Positions 35,946-45,773 of a stretch of DNA of 49,511 nucleotides are shown here, one piece after another. Each line of letters begins with the position of its first letter. Position 1 is the first letter of the stretch. Both the position numbers and the translations under genes were made by a program. The stretch spans positions 1 through 49,511 of the forward strand of contig CAYGDD010000001.1 in the NCBI GenBank assembly GCA_964348575.1, in the 5' to 3' direction. The DNA is from an uncultured Candidatus Saccharibacteria bacterium. Lineage in GTDB: Bacteria; Patescibacteriota; Minisyncoccia; Phycocordibacterales; DATDSR01. The notes beneath the pieces are model-generated. The model made no database searches. It worked only from the letters and a program-made list of their open reading frames with translations, and was not told where the DNA came from.

Positions 35946-36157
35946 GTAAGTGGCCAAGTGTGAAGGCGAGCAAGGTCTTTCGCGCATTGATTAAGATTGG
36001 TTGGGAGATCAAAAGACATGGGAGTGGTTAACACATAATTCTTGAAAAAGAAGGACACCCAGACTATGTTTGGGCATTTTCCAACAGCGAAGAGATTGGC
36101 TCTAAGATGTTAGCTCGCATATCAAAACACACCGAACTAACTACAGAAGATTTATAA
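35942..36157 (+). pseudogene. hicA: hicA-like toxin gene interrupted by an in-frame TAA (36029-36031)
   Basis: Hand translation gives MSKWPSVKASKVFRALIKIGWEIKRHGSG*HIILEKEGHPDYVWAFSNSEEIGSKMLARISKHTELTTEDL. This fits the HicA pattern (K..KALxKxGW...RxxGSH...) with the stop next to the GSH catalytic motif. Confidence 0.65.
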
Positions 36158-36201
36158 GTTTTTGAACTCCCATACATTAATTTGTGATGAAGAGTATTTA
36201 A

Positions 36202-36804
36202 TCATAATGATTTTGTAGCCGTAGCAATTAGCGACTCACCTAATTTTTTCAATGGGCCGATGGACGGCAGAGTGAAGGTTATCTTAGCCGAGAAGACGCG
36301 CTCTGTATCTACAAATATATTTCCAAACTTAGCTTGTTCTAGCATATTCATGAGCTGAAGGGGGGAGTAGAAGATCTTATGGTCACTGTTGCCTAACAAG
36401 TCCTCTCTTCCTTGTACTGTGTAGCGTAGGATGCGCGAGAGCGAGTAGACATTGGGCAAGTCAAGCACTAGTCTGCCCCCAACCTTAAGCACCCGTCTGC
36501 ATTCTTGCAAGACAATCATTGGTGTCCAAGTATGCTCAAGAACCTGTCCCATATAGACAAGGTCAAAGTAGTTGTCAGCAAAAGGCATCTTTTCGAAAGT
36601 GCCAACATGTTGATTGGGAAGATTAAGGTTGAGGGACTTCGGGTCTTGCGAATCAAGGCCAAAGAACTCGCAAGCAGGGAAGTCTCGTACCAATTCTGTG
36701 TGCAAACGGGCTTTCTTATCTAAATTGCCAATGTCTAATACTCTTGCGAGATCACTTTGTTTAAAATCCTTGAGAAACTGGGCAAGAAAGTCGTACCTTG
36801 TCAT
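36202..36804 (-). CDS. class I SAM-dependent methyltransferase
   Basis: ARVLDIGN... and YFDLVYMGQVLEH...LKVGGRLVLDLPN. ATG 36804 lies 7 nt downstream of TGcTAATAT (minus strand, 36820-36812). Confidence 0.75.
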   Translation of the reverse strand: MTRYDFLAQFLKDFKQSDLARVLDIGNLDKKARLHTELVRDFPACEFFGLDSQDPKSLNLNLPNQHVGTFEKMPFADNYFDLVYMGQVLEHTWTPMIVLQECRRVLKVGGRLVLDLPNVYSLSRILRYTVQGREDLLGNSDHKIFYSPLQLMNMLEQAKFGNIFVDTERVFSAKITFTLPSIGPLKKLGESLIATATKSL

Positions 36805-36832
36805 ATCGCAAATATTAGCACACAATAGAGTA

Positions 36833-37867
36833 ATGGCTACAAATAAGAGTAGAGGCTACGTGCTTATTACCGGCGGGGCCGGCTTTATTGGTATTAACAC
36901 CGCCCTACACTTCCTAGCCGGGGGTACTAAGGTGGTCATTCTGGATAACTTCTCGCGTATCGGGTCTAAAGATAACATCGTATGGCTTAAGAGTATCTAT
37001 TCTGACAAAGTAAGGATAATCAAGTCTGATATATGTAATGATAGGAAAGTTTTGGAACAAGCGGTGGCCAACGCCTTCGCGGTTATCCACTTGGCGGGCC
37101 AAGTGGCAGTGACTAAGTCAGTTACTAATCCACGTGACGACTTCGAGCGTAACGCCCTAGGTACTTTTAATGTTCTTGAAGCTGTGCGTATAAGCAAACA
37201 TAAACCAGCACTTATTTATTCTTCAACCAACAAAGTTTACGGTTCGCTCTCTGGAGCGAGGGTGCGCGAAGGGGCCAAGCGTTATAGCTTCTCTAATCGT
37301 CCGAAGGGCATAGCCGAGGATGAGCCACTGGACTTCCACTCCCCCTACGGATGCTCTAAGGGGGCAGCTGATCAGTATGTGCGTGATTATGCGCGCATTT
37401 ATAATCTCAACACAGTCGTCCTTCGCCAATCATGCGTCTATGGCCCACATCAGTTTGGTATTGAGGACCAAGGTTGGGTAGCTTGGTTTATTATCGCTAG
37501 CAACATGGGTCGCGAGATAAGCATCTATGGCAATGGTAAGCAGGTGCGCGACATACTCTATGTGAGCGACCTTTGCGAGCTCTATGAGAAGCTGATAAAT
37601 AATATCAAGAAGGTCCGAGGGCAAGTGTTTAACATTGGAGGCGGAGTAGACAACACCCTATCCTTGCTTGAGTTCTTACCTATGTTGGATAACGCTAGTT
37701 ATAACTTTGGTAAGGTTCGCCCTGGCGACCAGCCGATATATATATCGGATATTAGCAAGGCCAAGCGTCTGCTTGGTTGGCAACCAACAGTATCGCCCAA
37801 AGAGGGCATAGTTAAACTTAAGCAATGGGTAGAGGACAACAAAACAGTTCTAAAAAGATACTTGTAG
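36833..37867 (+). CDS. NAD-dependent sugar epimerase, CDP-paratose 2-epimerase-like (extended SDR)
   Basis: VLITGGAGFIGIN, SSTNKVYG, FHSPYGCSKGAADQY and GNGKQVRD closely follow the CDP-paratose 2-epimerase pattern. The ORF-track extension back to 36614 overlaps the divergent methyltransferase gene. Confidence 0.8.
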   Translation: MATNKSRGYVLITGGAGFIGINTALHFLAGGTKVVILDNFSRIGSKDNIVWLKSIYSDKVRIIKSDICNDRKVLEQAVANAFAVIHLAGQVAVTKSVTNPRDDFERNALGTFNVLEAVRISKHKPALIYSSTNKVYGSLSGARVREGAKRYSFSNRPKGIAEDEPLDFHSPYGCSKGAADQYVRDYARIYNLNTVVLRQSCVYGPHQFGIEDQGWVAWFIIASNMGREISIYGNGKQVRDILYVSDLCELYEKLINNIKKVRGQVFNIGGGVDNTLSLLEFLPMLDNASYNFGKVRPGDQPIYISDISKAKRLLGWQPTVSPKEGIVKLKQWVEDNKTVLKRYL

Positions 37868-39045
37868 TCACTCCGCGCTTCCCCCTACCTGCCACTGGCG
37901 CCTGCGAGAAGGATCGCTACTTTAACCTGCTCCAGCTTAAGGCTATGGGCCACCAAGTAGAAGTCCTTACTAAAGTACATCCAAGTTACGACAAAGTTGC
38001 TGTCGCCAATTTTGAGCAGAGCGAAGGTATCCGGGTCATTACCCAGCCTTATGTTTTTATGGGCACCAGGGGTATGGGCTTTTGGCTTGGGCATTTATTG
38101 CCCTGGAACTGGGACGGGGCCGCTTACGAATATGCCCACAAGGCTACCAGGCAAGCTCTAGAAGAAGCTCTAGATACCTTCCAACCTGATCTTGTTTGGT
38201 TTGACTACACATATCTTTGGCCACTGTATAAGCAAGTGAGGAAGAGGGGAGTGCCTATTATTACCCGTTCAATAAATTTTGAAGCTCGGCATTTCTTACA
38301 AGAAGATGGTTACACACTAATTAATCTTGTCAGATTCATTCCCAAGTTTATAAGCGAACTTGTTACTATCCGCTTGAGTGACTGGATATTTGCCATTACG
38401 CCAGACGAAGCCAAGATATATAAGAGCTGGGGTGGTGAGGGTAAAACTAGCACCCTGCCCTTGCGTGGCTTGAGCAAAGTGCTAGGCAAACAAGTGCCGG
38501 TTAAAGCTGGCAGGGCAGTGCTTAAAGTTTTCTTTATGGGTTCTACATATAATGTGCATCATAATAGGGCTGCTCTCGAATTTATTATCAAAGAGATCGC
38601 GCCCTTAGTCTGGAAGGAAGCTCGGGACAAGTTCGTCTTTTATATTCTTGGTAAGCAAATTCCCGCAGACCTAGACAAGTATATAACTAATAATGTTCAG
38701 TATGTGGGTTATCAAGACCCGGTAACATACTTGCAAGATATGGACATCGCCCTAGTGCCTTCACTCTTTGGAGCCGGTATGCAACAGAAGGTCTTCGAGC
38801 CTATGGCCCTTGGTCTACCCCTTGTTACTTCAAAACGAGCCATAGCCGGTTACCCCTTTATCGCTGGAGAGCACTACTTAGCGTCCCGAGCGCTAAATGA
38901 ATTTGTAGAGCAGATTATGTTGCTTACTGATGAGGGTTTACGGCAGAAGCTTGCCAACGCAGGCCATAGGCGTTCGCAAGAACTCTTTGCCCAAGATAAA
39001 GTTGATAGGATAGTTAGTAGCGTGATTGATAGTTTAATCAAGTAA
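37825..39045 (+). CDS. GT-B type glycosyltransferase (GT4-like)
   Basis: KILVVTPRFPLP at the N-terminus. C-terminal VPSLFGAGMQQKVFEPMALGLPLVTS. Confidence 0.6.
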   Translation: MGRGQQNSSKKILVVTPRFPLPATGACEKDRYFNLLQLKAMGHQVEVLTKVHPSYDKVAVANFEQSEGIRVITQPYVFMGTRGMGFWLGHLLPWNWDGAAYEYAHKATRQALEEALDTFQPDLVWFDYTYLWPLYKQVRKRGVPIITRSINFEARHFLQEDGYTLINLVRFIPKFISELVTIRLSDWIFAITPDEAKIYKSWGGEGKTSTLPLRGLSKVLGKQVPVKAGRAVLKVFFMGSTYNVHHNRAALEFIIKEIAPLVWKEARDKFVFYILGKQIPADLDKYITNNVQYVGYQDPVTYLQDMDIALVPSLFGAGMQQKVFEPMALGLPLVTSKRAIAGYPFIAGEHYLASRALNEFVEQIMLLTDEGLRQKLANAGHRRSQELFAQDKVDRIVSSVIDSLIK

Positions 39046-39066
39046 CAAGAGATTATATTTATAATT

Positions 39067-40077
39067 ATGAGACCTAAAGTTTATATTGGTAAGCTCCTGT
39101 CGGATAAGAAATCTTATCTACCAATTTTGTATCCTAATCTAGGCCGGCAACATAAAGATAGTAGACTGTTTTTGGATCGCGCGTATGATTGTCTGACCTC
39201 CCCGGTCGTAGATATTGTAGAGAATGTTAGTGAGGCGGACTTTCTCCTTATTCCATATGACTTCTTTAATATAAGTGAGCGTCAGAGTTATATACGGGAG
39301 TTTGAAACACTAGCCAAGAAAGCTAATAAGAAGATTATTATTTTTGACTTTAGCGATTATACAGAGCCGATAGATGTAAGCAATGCTCTTGTATTTAGAG
39401 TTTCTCAAAAAAGAGGCGAAAAAAGATCCAATGTGATTGTGATGCCACCCTTTGTAGAGGATCTTAAGGTGGCTATGCCTAGAGCCTATAGAGATAAGCC
39501 ACTTGTGAGCTTCATGGGTTATGCGGGACACAATTCGCTTAAATCTAAAATGGCTTATTTGCTTAGAACACTGTTTGCAGGCGGGGGAGACAAACCCGGA
39601 ATTTATTATAGAAGGAGGGCGATTGAAATATTGTCCAAAGCAGAAGGGATAGACACTAATTTCAAAATTCTTAAGACATACTCTGGTCATAGCGATACTA
39701 TCCTAGGTGATCCAGAAGTAGTTAGAGCGAACTATATAAAGAGTATAGTAGAGAGCGACTTTGTGCTTGCGCCAAGGGGCAATGGCAACTATTCTATCCG
39801 CTTCTTTGAGGCTCTGGCACTTGGGCGGATACCCATACTTATTGATGTTGACCAAGAATTACCAATGGAAGATTTAATAAACTACGAAAAATTCATAATA
39901 AGAGTAGATTACAAAGATATGAACAATCTCTCGACTATTGTTACGGCCAAATGGCAGAGTCTAAATAGTGAGTCATATGCCAATATGCAAAAAGAAGCTA
40001 GACTTAACTTTGAGCAACATCTTCGGATGGACAAATTCCTGTTCTTAGCTTTTGGTAAGTTAGTAGGACGTAACTAG
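39067..40077 (+). CDS. exostosin-like (GT47-type) glycosyltransferase
   Basis: SDFVLAPRGNGNYSIRFFEALALGRIPILI matches the exostosin C-terminal motif. Confidence 0.6.
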   Translation: MRPKVYIGKLLSDKKSYLPILYPNLGRQHKDSRLFLDRAYDCLTSPVVDIVENVSEADFLLIPYDFFNISERQSYIREFETLAKKANKKIIIFDFSDYTEPIDVSNALVFRVSQKRGEKRSNVIVMPPFVEDLKVAMPRAYRDKPLVSFMGYAGHNSLKSKMAYLLRTLFAGGGDKPGIYYRRRAIEILSKAEGIDTNFKILKTYSGHSDTILGDPEVVRANYIKSIVESDFVLAPRGNGNYSIRFFEALALGRIPILIDVDQELPMEDLINYEKFIIRVDYKDMNNLSTIVTAKWQSLNSESYANMQKEARLNFEQHLRMDKFLFLAFGKLVGRN

Positions 40078-41260
40078 TTGCCATAATAAACAAAAGTTGA
40101 TTGATCCCAACTCTGTAGCGAGCCGCTCCGAATGGTGCACTGAGTAAAGTAAGTCCAAGGATTAGCAGTATCATTACTAACTTTCCAACTAGTAGCCTAT
40201 TTTTTGCAAGAGTTGAGTCCAAAAAAGCAAAAAGGGCAATCAAAGAGAAAATCCAGGTTGAAAGTTTAAGTATGAAATCAGAAGTAACTTGGTTTAGGTC
40301 TAAGCCCTCAGTAATGGTGCTATAACTTGTATCAGTAAACATATTTGAGAATGTTTGACCAATGAATACGGCGTAATAAAATGGATATTCCAAGATAAAT
40401 CTTTTCCCAGCATTAAGGTAAGTACTTGCTTTTTCGGCTTGCCAATAATGGGTGAGGTCTAATTTCTCATAATCAAGTTTGTTATTATCTAGGAGTCTTC
40501 TGTCTTCTAACCATCGGTTAAAGTGCTTGGCATTATAGTTGTAGACATTGTACTCTACTATGGTGCTGTAAGACCAAAAGCCGAGTTGGATTTTATTTCT
40601 CACTATCCAAGGCGCAGATATGGTGGCTATAACAATTAATGAAGCCAAGGCATGTTTGAGGGTTTGCTTGCTACAGCCGTCAATAAAAGCTACAAAGGGT
40701 ATTAGAAATAAGATGGGGAAAACTACAGGTTTAATTAAGGCTGATAAGGCAAATAGACACGAAGCAAGCATGTAGTGAATTATCTTTCTTCCCAAACAAT
40801 ACTTTGCTGTAAATAGAAGAGCGGGAATAAAGAACAAAGCCAATAGCCACTCGGTTACAAGTTGGTTGTTGAGCAGAGCCGTATATGGTTCTAGAGCTAG
40901 AGCTAGGCTACCGTAATATGCTGCCCTTGGCTCGAAGACATCTTTCGCAAGTAAAAAAATTAACACGATGCCTAGGCTCATTATAAGACTTTGGACTAAG
41001 GCAATCGTATATAATGAAGCATCTAGTAATACAAATGGGGTAAGAAATAGTGGATAAAGAGGTGTTCTGAAGTTATCAGACTTGAGCTCCCCCGTAGAAT
41101 CATCCATAGAGTAAACGCCGTGATTTACAATGTTCGTAGCAATACCAAAATAGTCCTTACCATCGCGATGCATAATAGACTCGGCTGAATCAAATGAAGC
41201 CAAGGCTAGGAGTCTCATAGCCATAGCAAGCACAAAGAGAATTATGATCTTTTTGCCCAT
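40004..41260 (-). CDS. polytopic membrane protein, putative GT-C glycosyltransferase
   Basis: About 10 hydrophobic segments. The early loop has FRTPLYPLFL, as in ArnT/PMT_2-like proteins. Confidence 0.5.
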   Translation of the reverse strand: MGKKIIILFVLAMAMRLLALASFDSAESIMHRDGKDYFGIATNIVNHGVYSMDDSTGELKSDNFRTPLYPLFLTPFVLLDASLYTIALVQSLIMSLGIVLIFLLAKDVFEPRAAYYGSLALALEPYTALLNNQLVTEWLLALFFIPALLFTAKYCLGRKIIHYMLASCLFALSALIKPVVFPILFLIPFVAFIDGCSKQTLKHALASLIVIATISAPWIVRNKIQLGFWSYSTIVEYNVYNYNAKHFNRWLEDRRLLDNNKLDYEKLDLTHYWQAEKASTYLNAGKRFILEYPFYYAVFIGQTFSNMFTDTSYSTITEGLDLNQVTSDFILKLSTWIFSLIALFAFLDSTLAKNRLLVGKLVMILLILGLTLLSAPFGAARYRVGINQLLFIMATSYVLLTYQKLRTGICPSEDVAQS

Positions 41261-42030
41261 ATTATTCCTTGAACCCTATTCTCTTTATCAAACTTAGTAA
41301 TAGTAAAGCCTGCTCTACCTAGATATCTAATAATTTCCTCCGGTTTGTACTTGGGATGTAAATGGAATTCTAAGCTTATTCTTTCAATCTTAGATAAATA
41401 ATTTAATGGTGTGTTTAATAGTATTTCATACTCTGCTCCTTCGCAATCAAGCTTTAGGAACGTACAAGAAGATATATTGTTATGATCAAGGATGTCTACA
41501 AGTGTCGTGCAAGGGACACTAATTGGAGTGTTATTGTCAGTGGCTAGTATGCTATGAGCGGCAGTGTTGTGCCTATGTTTGTATAAGGGTACCAGCCCAG
41601 GAATACCACTTACCGCAAGATTATAAGCTTTTACATTCGGTAAGTTATTAAGCTCAATATTGTCTAGCAAAGCGAGATAGTTCAGAGGATCAGGTTCGTA
41701 TGTATAAACTAGAGCTCCAGATTTACCGACAAGTAGTGAGAATGATCCTATGTGACCTCCGATGTCTATTACTACATTACTTTTATTAAGAGCTAGGTCT
41801 GACTTAGCATATTCGTTCCACATTAGACAACTAACTGCCATATAGAGATCTACTATTTTAGATTTTGTATTGGTCGCTCTTATATTTAGCTCAATATTAG
41901 AAATCCTGATTTTTTTGGTGAGGCCAAAAGTGAACCAAAAATAGAGCCAGTCTCGCAGGGGAAAGAGCCTAATAGAGTAAAAAAATAGAAAAAGGGCCTT
42001 CTTTATAGCTATGCCATATCTATAAATCAT
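41242..42030 (-). CDS. FkbM family methyltransferase
   Basis: VVIDIGGHIGSFSL and FLKLDCEGAEYEIL are FkbM-family hallmarks. Confidence 0.75.
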   Translation of the reverse strand: MIYRYGIAIKKALFLFFYSIRLFPLRDWLYFWFTFGLTKKIRISNIELNIRATNTKSKIVDLYMAVSCLMWNEYAKSDLALNKSNVVIDIGGHIGSFSLLVGKSGALVYTYEPDPLNYLALLDNIELNNLPNVKAYNLAVSGIPGLVPLYKHRHNTAAHSILATDNNTPISVPCTTLVDILDHNNISSCTFLKLDCEGAEYEILLNTPLNYLSKIERISLEFHLHPKYKPEEIIRYLGRAGFTITKFDKENRVQGIIWAKRS

Positions 42031-42089
42031 AGGCAGATACTAGCATATTATGAAGTGACACCAAAGCTAAAATGGGTTAGAATCCAACT

Positions 42090-42785
42090 GTGCAAAAGCT
42101 TTCAATCATAATCCCTGCCTATAACGAACAGGCTACTATAGAGCGCACGATATCTCGAATTAAAGCGGTGCCTCTGGCCTTTACAAAAGAGATAATTGTG
42201 GTTAATGATGCTTCAGTAGACAAGACTAAGGAAATATTAAGGGGCATAAAGGATATCTTCGTATTCGACCACTCAACTAACCAAGGCAAGGGTGCAGCTA
42301 TTAGAACTGGATTATTACAAGCCAGTGGGGATATTGTCATAATCCAAGACGCGGACCTTGAGTATGATCCAAATGAATTTCCAAAACTTATAGAACCTGT
42401 AATTTCCGGTTTTGCCGATGTTGTCTACGGCTCTCGTTTTAAAGGTGATGGACCACATAGGGTATATTACTTGCATCACTATTTTGCTAATAAATTCCTA
42501 ACCCATTTTTCCAATCTTCTTACTGGACTTTATCTTAGTGACATGGAGACTTGTTATAAGGTCTTTACCAAGCAAGTGGTGGATACATTTAAGGATAAGC
42601 TTGAATCTAAGCGCTTTGGTTTTGAGCCTGAAGTAACCGCTCGGGTGGCTAGGGGTAAGTGGCGAGTATATGAGGTGGGCATATCTTACCACGGCCGAAC
42701 CTACGGTGAGGGCAAGAAGATAAACTGGAAGGACGGCCTAGCGGCCATTTGGCACATTATTTATTTCAACTTATTTTCTAAGTAA
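42090..42785 (+). CDS. GT2 glycosyltransferase (Dpm1/polyprenyl-phosphate sugar synthase-like); GTG start
   Basis: LSIIIPAYNE...IIVVNDASVDKT...NQGKGAAIRTGL...VIIQDADLEYDP. Confidence 0.75.
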   Translation: MQKLSIIIPAYNEQATIERTISRIKAVPLAFTKEIIVVNDASVDKTKEILRGIKDIFVFDHSTNQGKGAAIRTGLLQASGDIVIIQDADLEYDPNEFPKLIEPVISGFADVVYGSRFKGDGPHRVYYLHHYFANKFLTHFSNLLTGLYLSDMETCYKVFTKQVVDTFKDKLESKRFGFEPEVTARVARGKWRVYEVGISYHGRTYGEGKKINWKDGLAAIWHIIYFNLFSK

Positions 42786-42787
42786 TT

Positions 42788-44230
42788 ATGAGTAGGAAGA
42801 TAGATTGGCCAGTCATTTGTCTTGTTACGTTTATGTTTATGTTTGTAGTGCTTTGGTGGCCACACAGGCTAGAAGTGCCAAGATATTGGTATGACGAAGC
42901 AGTCAATTATCAGATCGCGCGCAACGGAGCTGAAGCGGGTGTACTAAACCTAGTTATTACTCCAGATGAGGGTTACCCTTTACCTTACCAATTCCAAACT
43001 AGTGGTTATCCTCTTAGTGCGCCCCTTGCGATCTTGTTTAAACTTTTTGGGGCAAGCTTTGAACTGGCTCGAGGTTATATGCTTGTGTGGTTCTTCGCAT
43101 TATTAACAAGCGTTTTTTTCTTTGTAAGACGCTTATCTGGTCCTTGGCTTGCCCTCGCTTCCGCACTTATTGTTGGTACTTTTGCCCCAATAATTTTCCA
43201 TAGTCTCTCTATTATCGGCGAAGCCCCGGCACTTACATTTATGATTTGGTCTGCGTATTTTTTTTCTAGATACCAAAGTGATCGAGGCCATATGTACCTA
43301 GGAGCGCATGCCCTTGCTTTGGGCCTTATGCTTGCGAGTAAACCACTCTTCGCTCCCGTCGCACTTATGGCCTTGCTCGTGCACTTGTCTAACAGAGACA
43401 ATATGAGCAAGCGGGAGTGGGGAGTATTGGCGACTTATTTTGCCTTACCTATTGTAATATTTGCCGTTCTTGTTCTACCAAATGGCTTTACATTTAGTGA
43501 CGTCTTGAACACGTATCAGAACAGGGCGACCCACGGCAACCTAGTACAGAATATATTTACCAATTTATCTCGCCTGCCAAATGAACTCTCGTTAATTTAT
43601 ACTCTGATGCTAGGTTCTCTGCTTGCCTTACATTCAAGATTCATAATAAGAAGCAAGTCTACAGATCAGTCAGGCCAACTTACTCATCAGAGCTTCGGCC
43701 AAACTCACAAACTTTTAATCTCATATTGTCTGGGTATGACTGCATTTTTCCTAATTAGCGCTGGTTGGAACAGATACTTACTTGCTACTCAGATAATCTT
43801 ACTGTTGTCTTTGCCGGTAGCTCTAGCCGGGCTAATTCGCAAGAAGTGGCTAGTTGCGTTAGTAATTATTCTAACCCTTACTTTGCATGTTTACCAATTT
43901 AACAAAGTAATAGGTCAAAGCTTCTGGCAGAATGCTTGGTATGCGCGTTTGACCGAGTTTGTTAATACAGAGGCACCCGAGGGCAAAGTATTTGTACTTT
44001 GGAGTGCCGAGACTGCCAGTGTCGTGCCCTTAGACCGCCTCTACTTCCACACACGCTTTGAAGATAGGGAAGTTATGCCAAACAAATTACTAGAGCTAGA
44101 TAAGTATAAATTTGACTACATAATAACTAAGCCCAATAACATCGACTTCATCCCATACAGATCGCTGGTCGAGAAGAACTATGTGGTAAGTGCAAAGATA
44201 GAGAATCTCGAAGTCTGGCGTAGAAAGTAG
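42788..44230 (+). CDS. polytopic membrane protein, putative GT-C glycosyltransferase
   Basis: About 12 hydrophobic segments with an early YDEAVNY loop and a soluble C-terminal domain. It starts 2 nt after the GT2 stop. Confidence 0.5.
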   Translation: MSRKIDWPVICLVTFMFMFVVLWWPHRLEVPRYWYDEAVNYQIARNGAEAGVLNLVITPDEGYPLPYQFQTSGYPLSAPLAILFKLFGASFELARGYMLVWFFALLTSVFFFVRRLSGPWLALASALIVGTFAPIIFHSLSIIGEAPALTFMIWSAYFFSRYQSDRGHMYLGAHALALGLMLASKPLFAPVALMALLVHLSNRDNMSKREWGVLATYFALPIVIFAVLVLPNGFTFSDVLNTYQNRATHGNLVQNIFTNLSRLPNELSLIYTLMLGSLLALHSRFIIRSKSTDQSGQLTHQSFGQTHKLLISYCLGMTAFFLISAGWNRYLLATQIILLLSLPVALAGLIRKKWLVALVIILTLTLHVYQFNKVIGQSFWQNAWYARLTEFVNTEAPEGKVFVLWSAETASVVPLDRLYFHTRFEDREVMPNKLLELDKYKFDYIITKPNNIDFIPYRSLVEKNYVVSAKIENLEVWRRK

Positions 44231-44245
44231 TATATAACTGGTAGA

Positions 44246-44953
44246 TTATTTTTCGGGAACTTTCAAGAGTAGTTTCCATGGCAGTAATATAGATTCAAAA
44301 ATTTTCTTACCGGACATTTTAGACTTGCCCTCGCGTCTATCTGTGAATGTAATTGGGATTTCTGTGCTATTAAGGCCCAGCTTATGCAGGACATATTTTG
44401 TCTCTACGCAGAAGGCGTAACCACTTGAGTTAATGTGTGCACCTGTTATGACCATTAGTGCTTGCCTAGAATAGCCAACAAAGCCAGAAGTCATGTCACT
44501 TATGGGTGCGCGCAAGACAAGTTTTACATAAAGATTTGCGTACTTGCTTAACAGCCTCCTGTGGAGTTTCCAGTTGGCAATGCCTCCACCAGCGCAATAG
44601 CGCGAGCCTATTACAAAATCAGCATGCTTGCCTTTCAAGACACTTACAATTTTATTGAGGACTTTTGGATCATGAGAGAAGTCAGCGTCCATAGAGACTG
44701 CTTTCTCAAAGTTGTGAGTCAGTGCCCACTCCAAGCCAGCCATGACTGATGGCCCGTAGCCATAGTTACTCGTTCTTGCAAGTAAGTGGACTCTAGTGCC
44801 CAAACTCATGGCTACTTGCTGGGTGTCGTCACTAGAATTGTCATCTACTATCAAGACTTGATAGTCTTGACTTAGACTCAAGATATCTTTAATTAGTAGG
44901 CCTATATTGTCGGCCTCATTTAGGGTAGGGATGACGATGATTGTATCTTGCAC
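44246..44953 (-). CDS. GT2 glycosyltransferase (polyprenol-monophosphate-mannose synthase-like); GTG start
   Basis: IIVIPTLNEADNIG...LIVDDNSSDDT...MDADFSHDP. Confidence 0.75.
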   Translation of the reverse strand: MQDTIIVIPTLNEADNIGLLIKDILSLSQDYQVLIVDDNSSDDTQQVAMSLGTRVHLLARTSNYGYGPSVMAGLEWALTHNFEKAVSMDADFSHDPKVLNKIVSVLKGKHADFVIGSRYCAGGGIANWKLHRRLLSKYANLYVKLVLRAPISDMTSGFVGYSRQALMVITGAHINSSGYAFCVETKYVLHKLGLNSTEIPITFTDRREGKSKMSGKKIFESILLPWKLLLKVPEK

Positions 44954-44977
44954 AAAATAAGTATAGCATTGAGCTAA

Positions 44978-45766
44978 ATGAAGAAGCTAATTGTAAACGC
45001 GGACGATTTTGGCTGGTCGGAGGGTATAAACAAAGGAATAATAGATTGCCACAAAAACGGCATAGTAACCAGTACTAGTTTACTTGCCACAGGCCAAGCT
45101 TATGACCATGCAGTCTACCTAGCAAAAGCTAACCCAACACTCTCCGTGGGGGTGCATTTGAACTTTTATCGAGGGACACCCCTGCTGGAGACGAGCGATG
45201 TGCTATATGGGAGCATACCAAAACTTGTAGCATACTTAATGATTGGTAAAGTAAAAACTTCACAAATAGAGGCAGAGTTTAGAGCTCAGATAGATAAAAT
45301 AATACTTTCAGGCATAAGACCTACCCATTTAGATTCAGAGAAGCACGTTCACCTACTGTCACCCAAGGTGTATAAGATAGTAAAAAAATTATCTAGTGAG
45401 TACGGGATAAAGCAAGTTAGAGTGGTTAAGGAGCCCTTACTGGGCTCTTGGAAGAGCTTTGTCTTGGGGTTAAACTCAAGCTATAATACAGAAGTTGGGA
45501 GTTGCGGTGTGGCGTACTCACCTACTAGCTATGTGGGCCTAGAGAGAGTCTTGAGGCAGGCTAGCAGGTCGGAACAAGCCGAAGTTGAACTTATAACACA
45601 TCCCGGTTACCTTGATGAAGAATTTTGGCAACTACAAGCAACTATCCCAAATAAGCTAACTTATGCTAGGGAAGAAGAGGCGAAGATATTACAAAGTGAA
45701 CGTGCCAGAAAATTAGTTTCTAAATATAATTTTGAGCTCACAAGTTTCGGAGTAAAAAATATATGA
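44978..45766 (+). CDS. YdjC/ChbG family carbohydrate deacetylase
   Basis: LIVNADDFGWSEGINKGIIDCHKNGIVTSTSLLA and HLDSEKHVH. Confidence 0.8.
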   Translation: MKKLIVNADDFGWSEGINKGIIDCHKNGIVTSTSLLATGQAYDHAVYLAKANPTLSVGVHLNFYRGTPLLETSDVLYGSIPKLVAYLMIGKVKTSQIEAEFRAQIDKIILSGIRPTHLDSEKHVHLLSPKVYKIVKKLSSEYGIKQVRVVKEPLLGSWKSFVLGLNSSYNTEVGSCGVAYSPTSYVGLERVLRQASRSEQAEVELITHPGYLDEEFWQLQATIPNKLTYAREEEAKILQSERARKLVSKYNFELTSFGVKNI

Positions 45767-45773
45767 TGAAAAT

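Noticed and set aside
36029-36031. The TAA in hicA as evidence of an alternative genetic code
   Set aside because: TAA, TAG and TGA all terminate well-supported genes in this window, including TAA at 32641 and 21310. A reassignment is therefore not supported, and pseudogenisation or a sequencing error is simpler.
36614-36832. N-terminal 73-aa extension of the epimerase ORF
   Set aside because: It overlaps the divergent methyltransferase gene on the other strand. The Rossmann motif GGAGFIG follows ATG 36833 at the normal distance.
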